Source: an uncultured delta proteobacterium
GTDB taxonomy: Bacteria > Desulfobacterota > Binatia > UBA9968
DNA: 64,000 nt
Direction of reading: 5' to 3'
Assembly (NCBI GenBank): GCA_963760795.1
Contig: CAVXEP010000029.1
Location: forward strand, 416,001 to 480,000
A model generated the notes under the pieces. It was not told the DNA's origin, searched no databases, and saw nothing but the letters and a program-made list of their open reading frames with translations. The position numbers and the translations under genes are program-made. Within the stretch, counting starts at the first letter, position 1; every line of letters starts with the position of its first letter. Below are positions 20,218 through 29,908 of this stretch, piece by piece.

Positions 20218-22014
20218 CTAGGGCTGGGTGACGCCCGCAAACGTCACCAGGTCCGCCACGGTAAAATCTCCAGCTGCGGCAGATGGCAGAAATGGAGTGA
20301 ACCCGCCTGTTACGTTCAGGTACGACGTGGCATCTCGCTTCAACATGCGGACGAAAGTCTCGGCCACGATCCTGCCGCCCACCGGACCCAGTTCGTTTCC
20401 TCCGCCGATCACGGACGCTTCGCGTAAGATGTAGTACCACAGCGGCGTTTTCTGCAGCAGGATGCCACCGTTAGAATTCAGCAGACTCACCTCCGTCGCT
20501 GGTAGCCCCTGGGTCAGTTGCGCTGTTGTCATCGGTGTGATCCCGAAGGAATTCGCCATGCCCTTGCCGCTGGGTAAACCTAGCGCCAAGCCACGCCTAA
20601 GGTTCCGCGTCGCGAGCACCGCCATCATTCCCGTGAATCCCGGCAGCGACTCTAACCCCGCCGCCATGAAGCTGTCGATTGTGCGCGCCTTATTGTGAAC
20701 CGGGACGGGCACACCGGTATCGAATAAGGCGTTGAAGTCCACCACCCAATTTGAAAAAACCGGAAGCCGCGGATTGCGGATGAATTCGAACACCTGTCCC
20801 AGTGTTGCCGCCGGAAAGTTGAAATTTACCCAGTATGTGTCCCGGATCATGCTATGGCCGAAGCGGTAGGCAGCCACAGCAAACTCCACGGGCATGCGGA
20901 ACGAACTGCCCTGCGGCGCCACTACCGTCGAAAGAGCGTTGGTCACCATCGCTGCGCCACAAATTCGCTTGAGGAAATCGTTCACCACGGCCCATTGATA
21001 GTGATGTGTCACGATCTTTTTAGCCTCGGCGAAGATATCGCCGGCGAACAAAGCCGCTAGTAGCAGTTCGACGACTTTGTTATGGAACCTCAACATGGCG
21101 TGGTGGAATTGCGCGATGATCAGGTTTTCGTCATTGCGCGGATCTCCAATCACGGCTGTGTTCGTCCCCCCAATGCGTGGCACGTCGAACTGGGATTGCG
21201 TTACCATTCCGCCAGGAGTCCCGTTGTTGCTCGGGCCGCCCGGTCCGGTATTTGTGTTCGTCCCGAGCTGGAACTTCACTGCGGTCGTCGGACCCGTGGA
21301 AGGGAATGCGTAGAGAAACGGATCGAGCGCCGGTCCCCTCCCGTACACGGAATCGAGATCAAGCGCGGGAGTACGCATGTTGTGGATTGTGTTCGCGTCC
21401 GTCGCGCTATCAAGCGACGACGAGACATCCAGGGTAATGTCATGGTCCACGAATTGGCCGAAATATGTGTAACCCGCCGGGATCGCCGACACGCCCTGAT
21501 CCGCCGAATTATGCGATCCCGGATTCGGATCGCGACCCGGATCGCCCATCAACCCACCTAGTTGGCCCAATAACGACTGATTCACTGAGTTGAAAGCCAG
21601 CTTCGTTGCGCTCCTAACCGCAGCGCTCGACATGTAGCCAAACCTATCGGCGCACGGCGAGGCGAGCCACGGAAACGGAAACCACGTCAGCGATATCTTA
21701 CTGCCATGTAATCTCCGCTGTTCCGGCTTCAGCGCCCGCAGACTACTTTTGATTTCTTCCGGCATTTTCGCCACAGGCTGTCCGGCGTCCCGCTTGATAC
21801 GGTTCACCGTTTCCACAAGTCGCTCCACGGGAACGCTGGGTTTGAGATTCAGCTCCGCAAGCTGCTCCCGCAGCTGACGCACGGAAACCGGAGCTGGATT
21901 CACAAACCTTTTCGGAGCCGCCGTTTCTTTGAGCAGTGCCAACAACCTTGCAGGAATCGCAGGGGTCTCCGTGGGGGAACTACTCTCCTTGGTTCGCGGT
22001 TTTCTTGTAGCCAT
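20218..22014 (-). CDS. Heme peroxidase (peroxidase-cyclooxygenase / animal heme peroxidase superfamily)
   Basis: PAGYTYFGQFVDHDIT, DLDSVYG, GDPRNDEN, HHYQW, EFAVAAYRFGHSM and TPLWYYILRE. AAGGAG RBS. Confidence 0.9.
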   Translation of the reverse strand: MATRKPRTKESSSPTETPAIPARLLALLKETAAPKRFVNPAPVSVRQLREQLAELNLKPSVPVERLVETVNRIKRDAGQPVAKMPEEIKSSLRALKPEQRRLHGSKISLTWFPFPWLASPCADRFGYMSSAAVRSATKLAFNSVNQSLLGQLGGLMGDPGRDPNPGSHNSADQGVSAIPAGYTYFGQFVDHDITLDVSSSLDSATDANTIHNMRTPALDLDSVYGRGPALDPFLYAFPSTGPTTAVKFQLGTNTNTGPGGPSNNGTPGGMVTQSQFDVPRIGGTNTAVIGDPRNDENLIIAQFHHAMLRFHNKVVELLLAALFAGDIFAEAKKIVTHHYQWAVVNDFLKRICGAAMVTNALSTVVAPQGSSFRMPVEFAVAAYRFGHSMIRDTYWVNFNFPAATLGQVFEFIRNPRLPVFSNWVVDFNALFDTGVPVPVHNKARTIDSFMAAGLESLPGFTGMMAVLATRNLRRGLALGLPSGKGMANSFGITPMTTAQLTQGLPATEVSLLNSNGGILLQKTPLWYYILREASVIGGGNELGPVGGRIVAETFVRMLKRDATSYLNVTGGFTPFLPSAAAGDFTVADLVTFAGVTQP

Positions 22015-22480
22015 ACGATCTCCTTGTTTTGTTATTGTCGAAGTTAAGCTCGAAGCGAAAACATAATTGTAATTGAGTTAGACTTTGACGAATTAGCAAA
22101 AGTAGTGAAGCTCTCGAAGCATGACCTTAAGCTGTTCCCGAGCTACGCCAACAGCGTTAGATAGAGTTCGTTTAGAGTTGGCATGGATCAATTCTCTATT
22201 TTAGTTTTGATGGTAATGCCCATAACAAGCCCGCATGATTTTTCGGCTGGGACTTTACGCCCCGGTGTTCACTAGTCCAACATGTGGCAACTAATGATAG
22301 ACTGTTATCAATTAGTAACACCGCATCCGTGGTCTCTTTTTGGATTTACTCTGAATAAAATGTTACCTCAGTACTGCGCTAACGCAAGTATAGTTCCATT
22401 GAATTTCAATTGTGACTTTGCGGAAAGCACAAAAGTACCCATCTCGATTTGCCTGTGACGTTGATTGCTCGTCTACTACG

Positions 22481-22529
22481 TTTACAAAACTTCTACACGT
22501 CGTTTACAAAACCGTCGCCAAAGTTTACG
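22481..22529 (+). promoter_or_regulatory. Phased TTTACA direct repeats (OmpR/KdpE-type operator candidate)
   Basis: TTTACA at 22481, TCTACA at 22492, TTTACA at 22503 and TTTACG at 22524, about 11-bp period. Confidence 0.45.
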
Positions 22530-22771
22530 CGTCGTTGCGCTCTACCGCTCTCCTCTCAATAACGTAGTCCGAAACCTGGGGCATTAAAAGTCTACCATCG
22601 GAATTCTCGGCGCGGTGCCCGACGCGCTGGGCAACCGTTTATTCTGTGCGCGAAGCTTTTGCACCGCTGATCCAGCGCGTCGCCGAGGCCTAGTCCCGCT
22701 ATGTAATTTCTTAGGTCGGCGGCCGTCGATCTATCTCGACTGAAATTGCCGTTTGTGATAGGGGATGGCGA

Positions 22772-23098
22772 ATGCGAATACCGCGACGATTTGTTCGTTT
22801 CGTCTTATTCATGCTGCCGTTTGCTTTCGGCTGCCAAACCATGCGCAGCGAAACCACGGTGGCAATTCCCGCCGTGGAAACGGAAACGCCGCAAGATCAG
22901 ACGCTGTCAAAGTCCGTGCGGGCCCGGCTGCTCGCGGATAAGAAAGTGGATCTATCCGGCATCAAGGTGGTATCCAACAACGGGACAGTCTACTTGAGCG
23001 GAGTCGTGAGTTCTCTAGACGCACGCCAGCAAGCGATCAAGCTCGCCTGGGAAACGCACGGGGTGCAGAGCGTCGTCAATGGTCTTGAAGTTCAATAA
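22772..23098 (+). CDS. BON (OsmY-like) domain lipoprotein
   Basis: AFGC lipobox, then DQTLSKSVRARL..IKVVSNNGTVYLSGVV..GVQSVVNGL. Confidence 0.88.
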   Translation: MRIPRRFVRFVLFMLPFAFGCQTMRSETTVAIPAVETETPQDQTLSKSVRARLLADKKVDLSGIKVVSNNGTVYLSGVVSSLDARQQAIKLAWETHGVQSVVNGLEVQ

Positions 23099-23358
23099 AG
23101 ACGGCTATGACTTTGGGCAAGTTCTCGATGTGAAAGCTGCGAGTCTCATTGCTCGTAAGAAAGCGGGGACCGGCTCTTTCAATCTAAACAAATCTGGGTC
23201 GGATTCTTTAACCGTTCCAACTCTCCGAATAAGCTCCTCGCTTGTATCATCCGGTCTCCATGGTCACAGTCTGTTCGACTCGGTATCGCTCGAGGGTCAG
23301 ATGGGAACCGCTTGAGGATTGTTCCAGCTTGTTCACGCGTGTCTTTCTGTCGCATTAC

Positions 23359-24855
23359 TTAGGTGCCGCAGAATGTTTGATAGCACCCTTGCCCTTCCGG
23401 TGCAGGTTCGGCAAAAGCGGCAAACTCCGGTTGTTCGTCGAAGGGGCGTGATAGAATATTCAGCAGCGTCTCGAACGGCGCGTAATCGGCGTGCTCCACT
23501 GCGGCGCTCAAGGCTTCCTCTACTCGATGATTGCGCGCAATGAACGCGGGATTGACACGGCGCATGGCTTGCGCCCGTTCCGCGGGCGTAACCGATTCGC
23601 GCGCAAGCCGCGCTCGCCAGTGATCACTCCAGAGATCGTAGGCCGACGCATCGGCAAACAGCGCGCGAATGCGTTCTTCTTCGCCTAAGGCCGCATCGGC
23701 GAGATAGCGGAAGGCCAACGTGTAGTCTACTTTGTTGTTCGCCATGGCGGTGAGAAACCCCGTGGCAAGATTTAGATCGGCCTCGTCTTCACTGACCATT
23801 CCGAGCTTGGCGCGCATGCCTTGAAGCCAGTGGCGTTCATATAGACCGGGAAAGCCATTGATCACCTCGGTGGCTTGCGCGATGGCGCGGTTATTATCGG
23901 CATCGATCAGCGGGAGAACCGTCTCCGCCAACCGCGCCAGATTCCACTGCGCGATGCTTGGCTGATTGCCGAATGCATAGCGGCCGCGCGTGTCGATGGA
24001 GCTGAAAACTGTTGCCGGGTCATAATGATCCATGAAGGCGCATGGGCCATAGTCGATGGTCTCGCCGGAGATCGCCATGTTGTCGGTGTTCATCACGCCG
24101 TGGATGAAGCCGACATGCATCCAGCTAGCGACCAGCGCCGCTTGGCGGTCGCATACGCTCGCAAGCAATTCTAGGTAAGGGTTCGCGTGGTTTTTCAAAT
24201 CCTGATAGTGGCGATCGATTACATAATCGGCCAGGCGCCGCACCTTGTCCTGCTCGCCGCGGGCGGCGAACAATTGGAAGGTGCCGACACGGATGTGGCT
24301 CGCAGCCACGCGCGTCAAGACCGCGCCCGGCAGCGCGGTCTCGCGATACACCGGCTCGCCCGTGACCACTGCGGCAAGCGCTCTTGTCGTCGGGATCGCA
24401 AGCGCGTGCATCGCCTCGCCGATCAAATATTCACGCAACACCGGCCCGAGTGCGGCCCGGCCGTCGCCGTTGCGCGAAAACGGAGTGGGCCCCGAGCCTT
24501 TGAGCTGAATATCTCGGCGATGTCCGTTGCGGTCGATTACCTCGCCCAGGAGCAGCGCCCGGCCGTCGCCAAGTTGCGGCGAGAAGCCGCCGAACTGGTG
24601 GCCGGCGTAGGCCTGGGCCAGCGGCACCGCGCCCTCGGGTGTCTCGTTGCCGGCAAAGATTCGCGCGCCTTGCTCGGAATCGAGAGCCTCGGCATCGAGT
24701 CCCAACTCTTCGGCCAAGTCACGGTTGAGCTTAACCAACGCAGGCCGCGCCACCTGCGCCGCCTGCCAGGGCACGTAGAAGCCCTCAAGCTCGCGCGCAT
24801 AGGTATTGTCGAAGGCGAATTTTCCGGCGGCAGGGTTGTTTGGGACATGCGTCAT
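23359..24855 (-). CDS. selO: Protein adenylyltransferase SelO (YdiU)
   Basis: AQAYAGHQFG, LGDGRA, LKGSG.TPFSR.GDGRA, GFIHGVMNTDN, IDYGP and TFCGT. Confidence 0.96.
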   Translation of the reverse strand: MTHVPNNPAAGKFAFDNTYARELEGFYVPWQAAQVARPALVKLNRDLAEELGLDAEALDSEQGARIFAGNETPEGAVPLAQAYAGHQFGGFSPQLGDGRALLLGEVIDRNGHRRDIQLKGSGPTPFSRNGDGRAALGPVLREYLIGEAMHALAIPTTRALAAVVTGEPVYRETALPGAVLTRVAASHIRVGTFQLFAARGEQDKVRRLADYVIDRHYQDLKNHANPYLELLASVCDRQAALVASWMHVGFIHGVMNTDNMAISGETIDYGPCAFMDHYDPATVFSSIDTRGRYAFGNQPSIAQWNLARLAETVLPLIDADNNRAIAQATEVINGFPGLYERHWLQGMRAKLGMVSEDEADLNLATGFLTAMANNKVDYTLAFRYLADAALGEEERIRALFADASAYDLWSDHWRARLARESVTPAERAQAMRRVNPAFIARNHRVEEALSAAVEHADYAPFETLLNILSRPFDEQPEFAAFAEPAPEGQGCYQTFCGT

Positions 24856-25039
24856 AGTGACTTCCTTTGCGATTTAAAAGCGACTCTTCTCTAACCGTTC
24901 TCTACCACGATGATTTCGCGCTTAACAGCTTCGGGCGCGCAACGAAAACGGCTGTCTGAAACAGCCGCCGACGCGAGCAAGATTTCGTATCATGCAGAGG
25001 AGGCAAGATATCGACGCCAGGTGCAGTCGCCGGCGTTGG

Positions 25040-26626
25040 TTATTTCAATATATGTACAGCGGCTTCGGCACAGCGCTCGCCATCCATGGCCGCCGAGACA
25101 ATGCCGCCGGCGTAACCGGCCCCTTCGCCGCAAGGAAATAAATTTACAATCTGCGGGTGTTGCAAGGTGGTCTTGTCGCGCGGGATGCGCACCGGCGAAG
25201 AAGTGCGGCTCTCCACGCCGATGATCTGGGCGTCGTTGGTCAGGTAGCCCGGCATTTTTTGGCCGAAGTATTTAAACCCCTGACGGAGCGCGTCGGCGAT
25301 AAACTCGGGGAGAAACGCGCGCATATCGGCTGCGGTTACTCCGGGATGGTACGATGTTTCGATCAGGCTAGACGACTCTCTTCCAGCTACAAAATCGTTC
25401 AGGCGCTGGGCCGGAGCGGCTTGAGTCTTGCCGGCCACCGCCCAGGCTTTTTGTTCGACTTCCGCCTGAAACTGCATGGCGGCGAGAGCGCCGAAGCGGT
25501 GCAGATGTTTGTAATCGTTTTCATCCACTGCCACGACAATACCGGAGTTGGCAAAGCGGGCATTTCTTTGCGAAGGGCTCATGCCATTGACCACCAGCTC
25601 GCCCGGCGCAGTTGCCGCCGGGACAATAAAGCCGCCGGGGCACATGCAAAAGGAAAACACGCCTTTGTCCTTGCCATTGATCTTGGCCTGGTGCACCAGA
25701 GCATAAGCCGCTGCGGGTAAGTACGCGCCTCGCTCTCCCTGGCAATGGTATTGGATCGAATCGATCAGGCGCTGGCGATGCTCGACCCGCACACCCAAGG
25801 CGAATGGTTTGGCTTCGATCAGAATCTTTTTGTCGTTGAGCAAATGAAAGATGTCGCGGGCGGAGTGGCCGGTGGCTAAAATAATCGCCCGGCCTTCGAT
25901 GACATCGCCCTGCTGCGTGCGCACCCCTTTCAGCTCGCTGCCAGCGAACACGAAATCGGTCACGCGGGTTTGGAAATGAACTTCGCCGCCGGCCTGTTTG
26001 ATGCTGTCGCGCAGTTCGGCAACCAGTTTCGGCAGTTTGTTGGTGCCGATGTGCGGATGAGCATCGAAGAGGATTTCATCCTTGGCGCCGTGCGCTACCA
26101 GTATCTCCATGATGCGCTGGACATCGCCGCGCTTCTTCGACCGGGTATAGAGTTTGCCGTCGGAATAAGTTCCCGCCCCACCTTCGCCAAAGCAATAGTT
26201 CGAGTCGGGATCAACGATATGTTCCTTGTTGATGGCGGCGAGATCGTAGCGGCGCGCATGGACATCTTTGCCGCGCTCGAGCACCATCGGTTTGTAGCCC
26301 AATTCAATTAATCGCAGCGCTGCGAATAGGCCGGCCGGACCTGAACCGATAATCACGACCGGATCTTTGCTATGTACCGAGGGGTAGTCCTTGGCGCGCC
26401 GCGGCGGGATGTTAGCGCGCTCGACAATGTCGTATTGCACGCGCACGACTATGTTACGGCCGCGCGCGTCCACCGAGCGCTTGAGCGGCAACACGGCCAA
26501 ACTGCCATCGCGAGGGATGGACAGCTTCTTATACAAAACCGCAACGAACAAGGCCTCGTCAAAGGCCTCTTGAGGTGTCAGGACCAATTCTTTTATGTTC
26601 ATACCCGGCAGGTTTTTATCCTGCAA
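25040..26626 (-). CDS. Uncharacterized FAD-dependent dehydrogenase
   Basis: IIGSGPAGLFAA, FGEGGAGTYSDGKL, HIGTNKL, SFCMCPGG, ESRTSSPVRI and GEGAGYAGGIVSAA. Start may be ATG 26602. Confidence 0.9.
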   Translation of the reverse strand: MQDKNLPGMNIKELVLTPQEAFDEALFVAVLYKKLSIPRDGSLAVLPLKRSVDARGRNIVVRVQYDIVERANIPPRRAKDYPSVHSKDPVVIIGSGPAGLFAALRLIELGYKPMVLERGKDVHARRYDLAAINKEHIVDPDSNYCFGEGGAGTYSDGKLYTRSKKRGDVQRIMEILVAHGAKDEILFDAHPHIGTNKLPKLVAELRDSIKQAGGEVHFQTRVTDFVFAGSELKGVRTQQGDVIEGRAIILATGHSARDIFHLLNDKKILIEAKPFALGVRVEHRQRLIDSIQYHCQGERGAYLPAAAYALVHQAKINGKDKGVFSFCMCPGGFIVPAATAPGELVVNGMSPSQRNARFANSGIVVAVDENDYKHLHRFGALAAMQFQAEVEQKAWAVAGKTQAAPAQRLNDFVAGRESSSLIETSYHPGVTAADMRAFLPEFIADALRQGFKYFGQKMPGYLTNDAQIIGVESRTSSPVRIPRDKTTLQHPQIVNLFPCGEGAGYAGGIVSAAMDGERCAEAAVHILK

Positions 26627-26807
26627 TTTTATTGTTTCGCACCTGTTATTTTACGTAACTATAACACGCGGCATAAAAAAATCGGAACGCGTAACCATTC
26701 GGTGTAGGAGTGTCAAGTTTACCAAACGAATGCGGCCGGTAATTGTATTAACTGGCAGTGCCTCGCTGGACTTGCACAGCGACCCCATGCGGCAGTAGAT
26801 TCCCGCC

Positions 26808-27644
26808 ATGGCCAATAACAATGAATACGAAGTAGACGAGCGCGACGTCGAGTATCAGCGCCAGGCAGGCAAAGCGTGGCTCGCTCGCGTTTATCAACCC
26901 AAAGGTGCCGGGCCGTTCCCGACCATCGTCGATGTGCACGGCGGCGCGTGGCACAACGGCGACCGGACTAACAACACCGGTGTCGACCGGGCGCTGGCGG
27001 CCAAGGGAATAGTGGTCGCGGCGCTCGATTTCCGCCAGCCGCCGGAGGCAGGTTATCCGGCGTCGATCTGCGACGTGAACTTGGCTGTGCGCTGGTTGAA
27101 AGCACATGCGGCGGAGTTCAACGGCAGAGCCACTGTTGGAGCGTTCGGCAATTCCAGTGGCGGCCATCAAGTGGTGCTCAGTGCGCTGCGGCCGCGGCAC
27201 GCGGCTTATTCGACACTATCGTTGGCGAACCATCCTGAGATCGACGCCAGCCTCGCCTATGTGATCTCTGCCTGGCCGGTGATCTGCCCGCTATACCGAT
27301 TTCGTTTCGCCAAGGAGTTCAACCGCGAAGAACATATCAACGCCCACATTGAATACTGGCGGACGGAAGAAGCGATGGCCGAAGGCAGTCCGCAATCGAT
27401 CATCGAAAATGATAAGCAGATCGAACTACCGCCGATTTTGTACTTGCTGAAGGCGAACGACAAAAACCATCCGCTGGAAATGCAGGAGCGTTTTATCGCT
27501 TCTTATCGCAAGCGCGGCGGGGCCATCGAGGTGCATACCTTCGACGGCCTGCCGGAGCACCGCATGGTGCCGTCGCCGAGTGAGCCGGAAACCATGCGCT
27601 TCATCGAGATCGTCAGCGCATTCATCCGGCAGCAAAGCAAATAG
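26808..27644 (+). CDS. Alpha/beta hydrolase
   Basis: VHGGAW and GNSSGG motifs. Confidence 0.87.
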   Translation: MANNNEYEVDERDVEYQRQAGKAWLARVYQPKGAGPFPTIVDVHGGAWHNGDRTNNTGVDRALAAKGIVVAALDFRQPPEAGYPASICDVNLAVRWLKAHAAEFNGRATVGAFGNSSGGHQVVLSALRPRHAAYSTLSLANHPEIDASLAYVISAWPVICPLYRFRFAKEFNREEHINAHIEYWRTEEAMAEGSPQSIIENDKQIELPPILYLLKANDKNHPLEMQERFIASYRKRGGAIEVHTFDGLPEHRMVPSPSEPETMRFIEIVSAFIRQQSK

Positions 27645-27938
27645 CGATCGCCAGGCCTCTTGATTCTCATTTCATCGTTCGTTGCGAGCGCGCTTGCCAG
27701 AGACAGGATTACCAAACCGTCGGTAACGCGGACCGTCGCGCTCGACAGTCAGAGCGTAGATCTCGGAACGGTTGCCTTCACGAGAGAGAGATGCTTCCCA
27801 CTTCTAGGAAAAATTTGTCGACTACACGGCAACGTAGAAGTTCTGAGTTCGCAAGTGCAATACCGGTTCGACGCCAAAGGTTTCAACAAAAACTTGTATT
27901 CTCGTGAGCGCTGACCTGACCCGGGAAAGTGACACAGC

Positions 27939-28997
27939 CTACGGTGCCGACGGCATGGCGTCCGCGCCGGAGAGCTTGTTAAACAATTCGACAACTTCAC
28001 GGTCCCGCGGTAAGTCACGAACTGCCTTCTCGAGTTCCTCCGGCGGCAACGGCGTGGGCTCCTCGCCGACAAGCTTTTTAAATTCTGCGTAGAATTCAGG
28101 ATCAGCAAAAGTCTTGCGCATCGCTTGCCGCAGGATCTGGACCTTATCGGGCGGTGTTCCCGGAGGAAGGATGAACGGAGTTCCCGCACTGACAAAGGCC
28201 CTTTGCATGGCAAGAAGTTTTCGGTCCTTTTCCGATTTCGTAAACCGTTCGATATCGGGCAGCCGGGCGAAGACGGGATGGGGGTGTCTTCGTCCCTTCG
28301 GAACCTCGTTGACGACATGAAAATCCATCAGTTTCTTGTCGATCCAGTCGGGCGCTTCTCGTACCAGAGTGGCCTGAATGGTCCACCGAGCGTCGAGCTC
28401 GCCTTGCATCAAGGCCAGATTGACTTCGTGACCTTGGGCGAATCCGGTAACAAACTTTGGCTCTTTCATGCCGACCAGATACGCGAGGATGCGGCCGATG
28501 TTATAAAGGTTATGTCCCACAGACTGAGCGCCGATACGCACGCCTGAGGCGTTGCGGAGCTTCTCCATGCTATCCAGGCGCGCCTCTTTACGGCTCAAAA
28601 AAATGTATGGTTCGCCGCTGGTCGGAGATCCAAGATAGTTTAGTTTATTGATGTCATAGAGAACCCCAGTGGAGTCGAGCACAGCCGCCGGTACAAAGCT
28701 TGAGAGCATTACGCCCATGGTCAGCCCGTCCGGTCGAGCCCGGTAGATGTAGTTGCCAGCCTTTCGCGATCCACCGCCCGGCATGTACTCGATGATGAAG
28801 GTCGGTCTTCCCGGTATATGTTTCCGGAGAACGGAAGCGGTGGCTCTGAAACGCAAATCTACCGTGCCCCCGGGTCCGCCCCCGTAGACAACATTGATGG
28901 TCTTGCCTTGATAAAAGTGAGACTGAGAGAATCCGTGACCGCGGAGCGCGAAGCTCAACGGCACGGCCAAGAGGATCATGACAGCCAGTTTTTGCAC
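27939..28997 (-). CDS. TctC/Bug-family tripartite tricarboxylate transporter substrate-binding protein
   Basis: GTG start after AGGAGG, FYQGKTI, HIPG.P, MPGGGS, PDGLT and PPGTPPDKVQILRQA. Confidence 0.88.
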   Translation of the reverse strand: MQKLAVMILLAVPLSFALRGHGFSQSHFYQGKTINVVYGGGPGGTVDLRFRATASVLRKHIPGRPTFIIEYMPGGGSRKAGNYIYRARPDGLTMGVMLSSFVPAAVLDSTGVLYDINKLNYLGSPTSGEPYIFLSRKEARLDSMEKLRNASGVRIGAQSVGHNLYNIGRILAYLVGMKEPKFVTGFAQGHEVNLALMQGELDARWTIQATLVREAPDWIDKKLMDFHVVNEVPKGRRHPHPVFARLPDIERFTKSEKDRKLLAMQRAFVSAGTPFILPPGTPPDKVQILRQAMRKTFADPEFYAEFKKLVGEEPTPLPPEELEKAVRDLPRDREVVELFNKLSGADAMPSAP

Positions 28998-29100
28998 GGC
29001 AACCTCCTGCGCGATTTCAGGGCGGATCAGGTTGACACAGTGCCTCGTTAGCACACGCTCTCCCCTCAAACAATGGCGATGACGCGCGCGAGTCGTGCAC

Positions 29101-29475
29101 GCGATCCGGCCGAGAAGACGCGCGGCATCGCGACTATCTGTTGGTTCGCCAACATTGTGCATCCCTCGTTCCAGCGCACTATGCCGCATGAGCGTTTTGC
29201 CGAAGGCGAAGCGGCGCAAGCCGTAGTAAAGGGAAACGGGCGAAAATCGTTCAAGGCCAATTGCCAGGAGATCGACTCAATGTTCCACGGACAAGAATGG
29301 GTCATGGGCAGCGAGTTGACGCTCGTCGATCTCTACGCGCTGGTTACTGCGGCTGGGGCGCGCCGCTGATTTCCCCATGAAGGAGCTCAGCGTCTACACG
29401 GCATGGCAGGAGCGTATGATGAAGCGCCCAACGGTGCGCACCAGTATGGAGAGCGAAGAGAGCGTTTCTGCGTAA
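29101..29475 (+). pseudogene. 3'-half remnant of a beta-class-like glutathione S-transferase
   Basis: RDPAEKTR..WFANIVHPSF..ERFAE..SFKANCQEIDSM..WVMGSELTLVDLYALV, then after a frameshift FPMKELSVYTAWQERMMKRPTV..*. Confidence 0.75.
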
Positions 29476-29586
29476 AGTTCGTTGGCGCATACTCCTTCTG
29501 CTGACAGGGGAATTGCCTGTTGGTAGGCATGGTCAATGCCGAATGTCAAAAATATAGATTGACCCTAATTCCTATAAATATGAGGC

Positions 29587-29772
29587 GTCGACCGCAAACT
29601 GTTCCCATCCTCGGAGGGCTTGCGCAATGTGCAGCGAATGCTGAAACGGCGCTATGCAAAGCTCGGCGAGGTCAAGATCGACGACGTAATCGCCGCGCGC
29701 ATCATGCGCAAACTGGATGAATTCGTTTTCATTGATAGGGTTTACGCCGCGCAGGGGGTGAGTTTGAAATAA
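29587..29772 (+). pseudogene. 3'-end remnant of an NMT1-like SBP gene
   Basis: VDRKLFPSSEGLRNVQRMLKRRYAKLGEVKIDDVIAARIMRKLDEFVFIDRVYAAQGVSLK* aligns with the C-termini of the SBPs at 9059 and 12002. Confidence 0.8.
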
Positions 29773-29908
29773 GCTATTGTGAGATTTGTTGCTGGTTCAA
29801 AGAACAGTTAAGATGTAATGGTATCACCGTGTGCCCTGGGCACTAGATTTTCGATACGCCGACTGCGCCCGGCGTATTGCGTGCCGCCCGATACACGCTG
29901 CTTGAGCG

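Noticed and set aside
19909-23595. Diversity-generating retroelement (TR/VR pairs) as an explanation for the duplicated 3' ends
   Set aside because: Mismatches are not confined to adenines on either strand, many are silent, some copies have indels, and no reverse transcriptase is present.
27790-27925. Possible further SBP 3' remnant (EKFVDY) with a GGGTCAGGTC motif at 27913-27922 on the minus strand
   Set aside because: Too short and interrupted to support, although it would fit the pattern.
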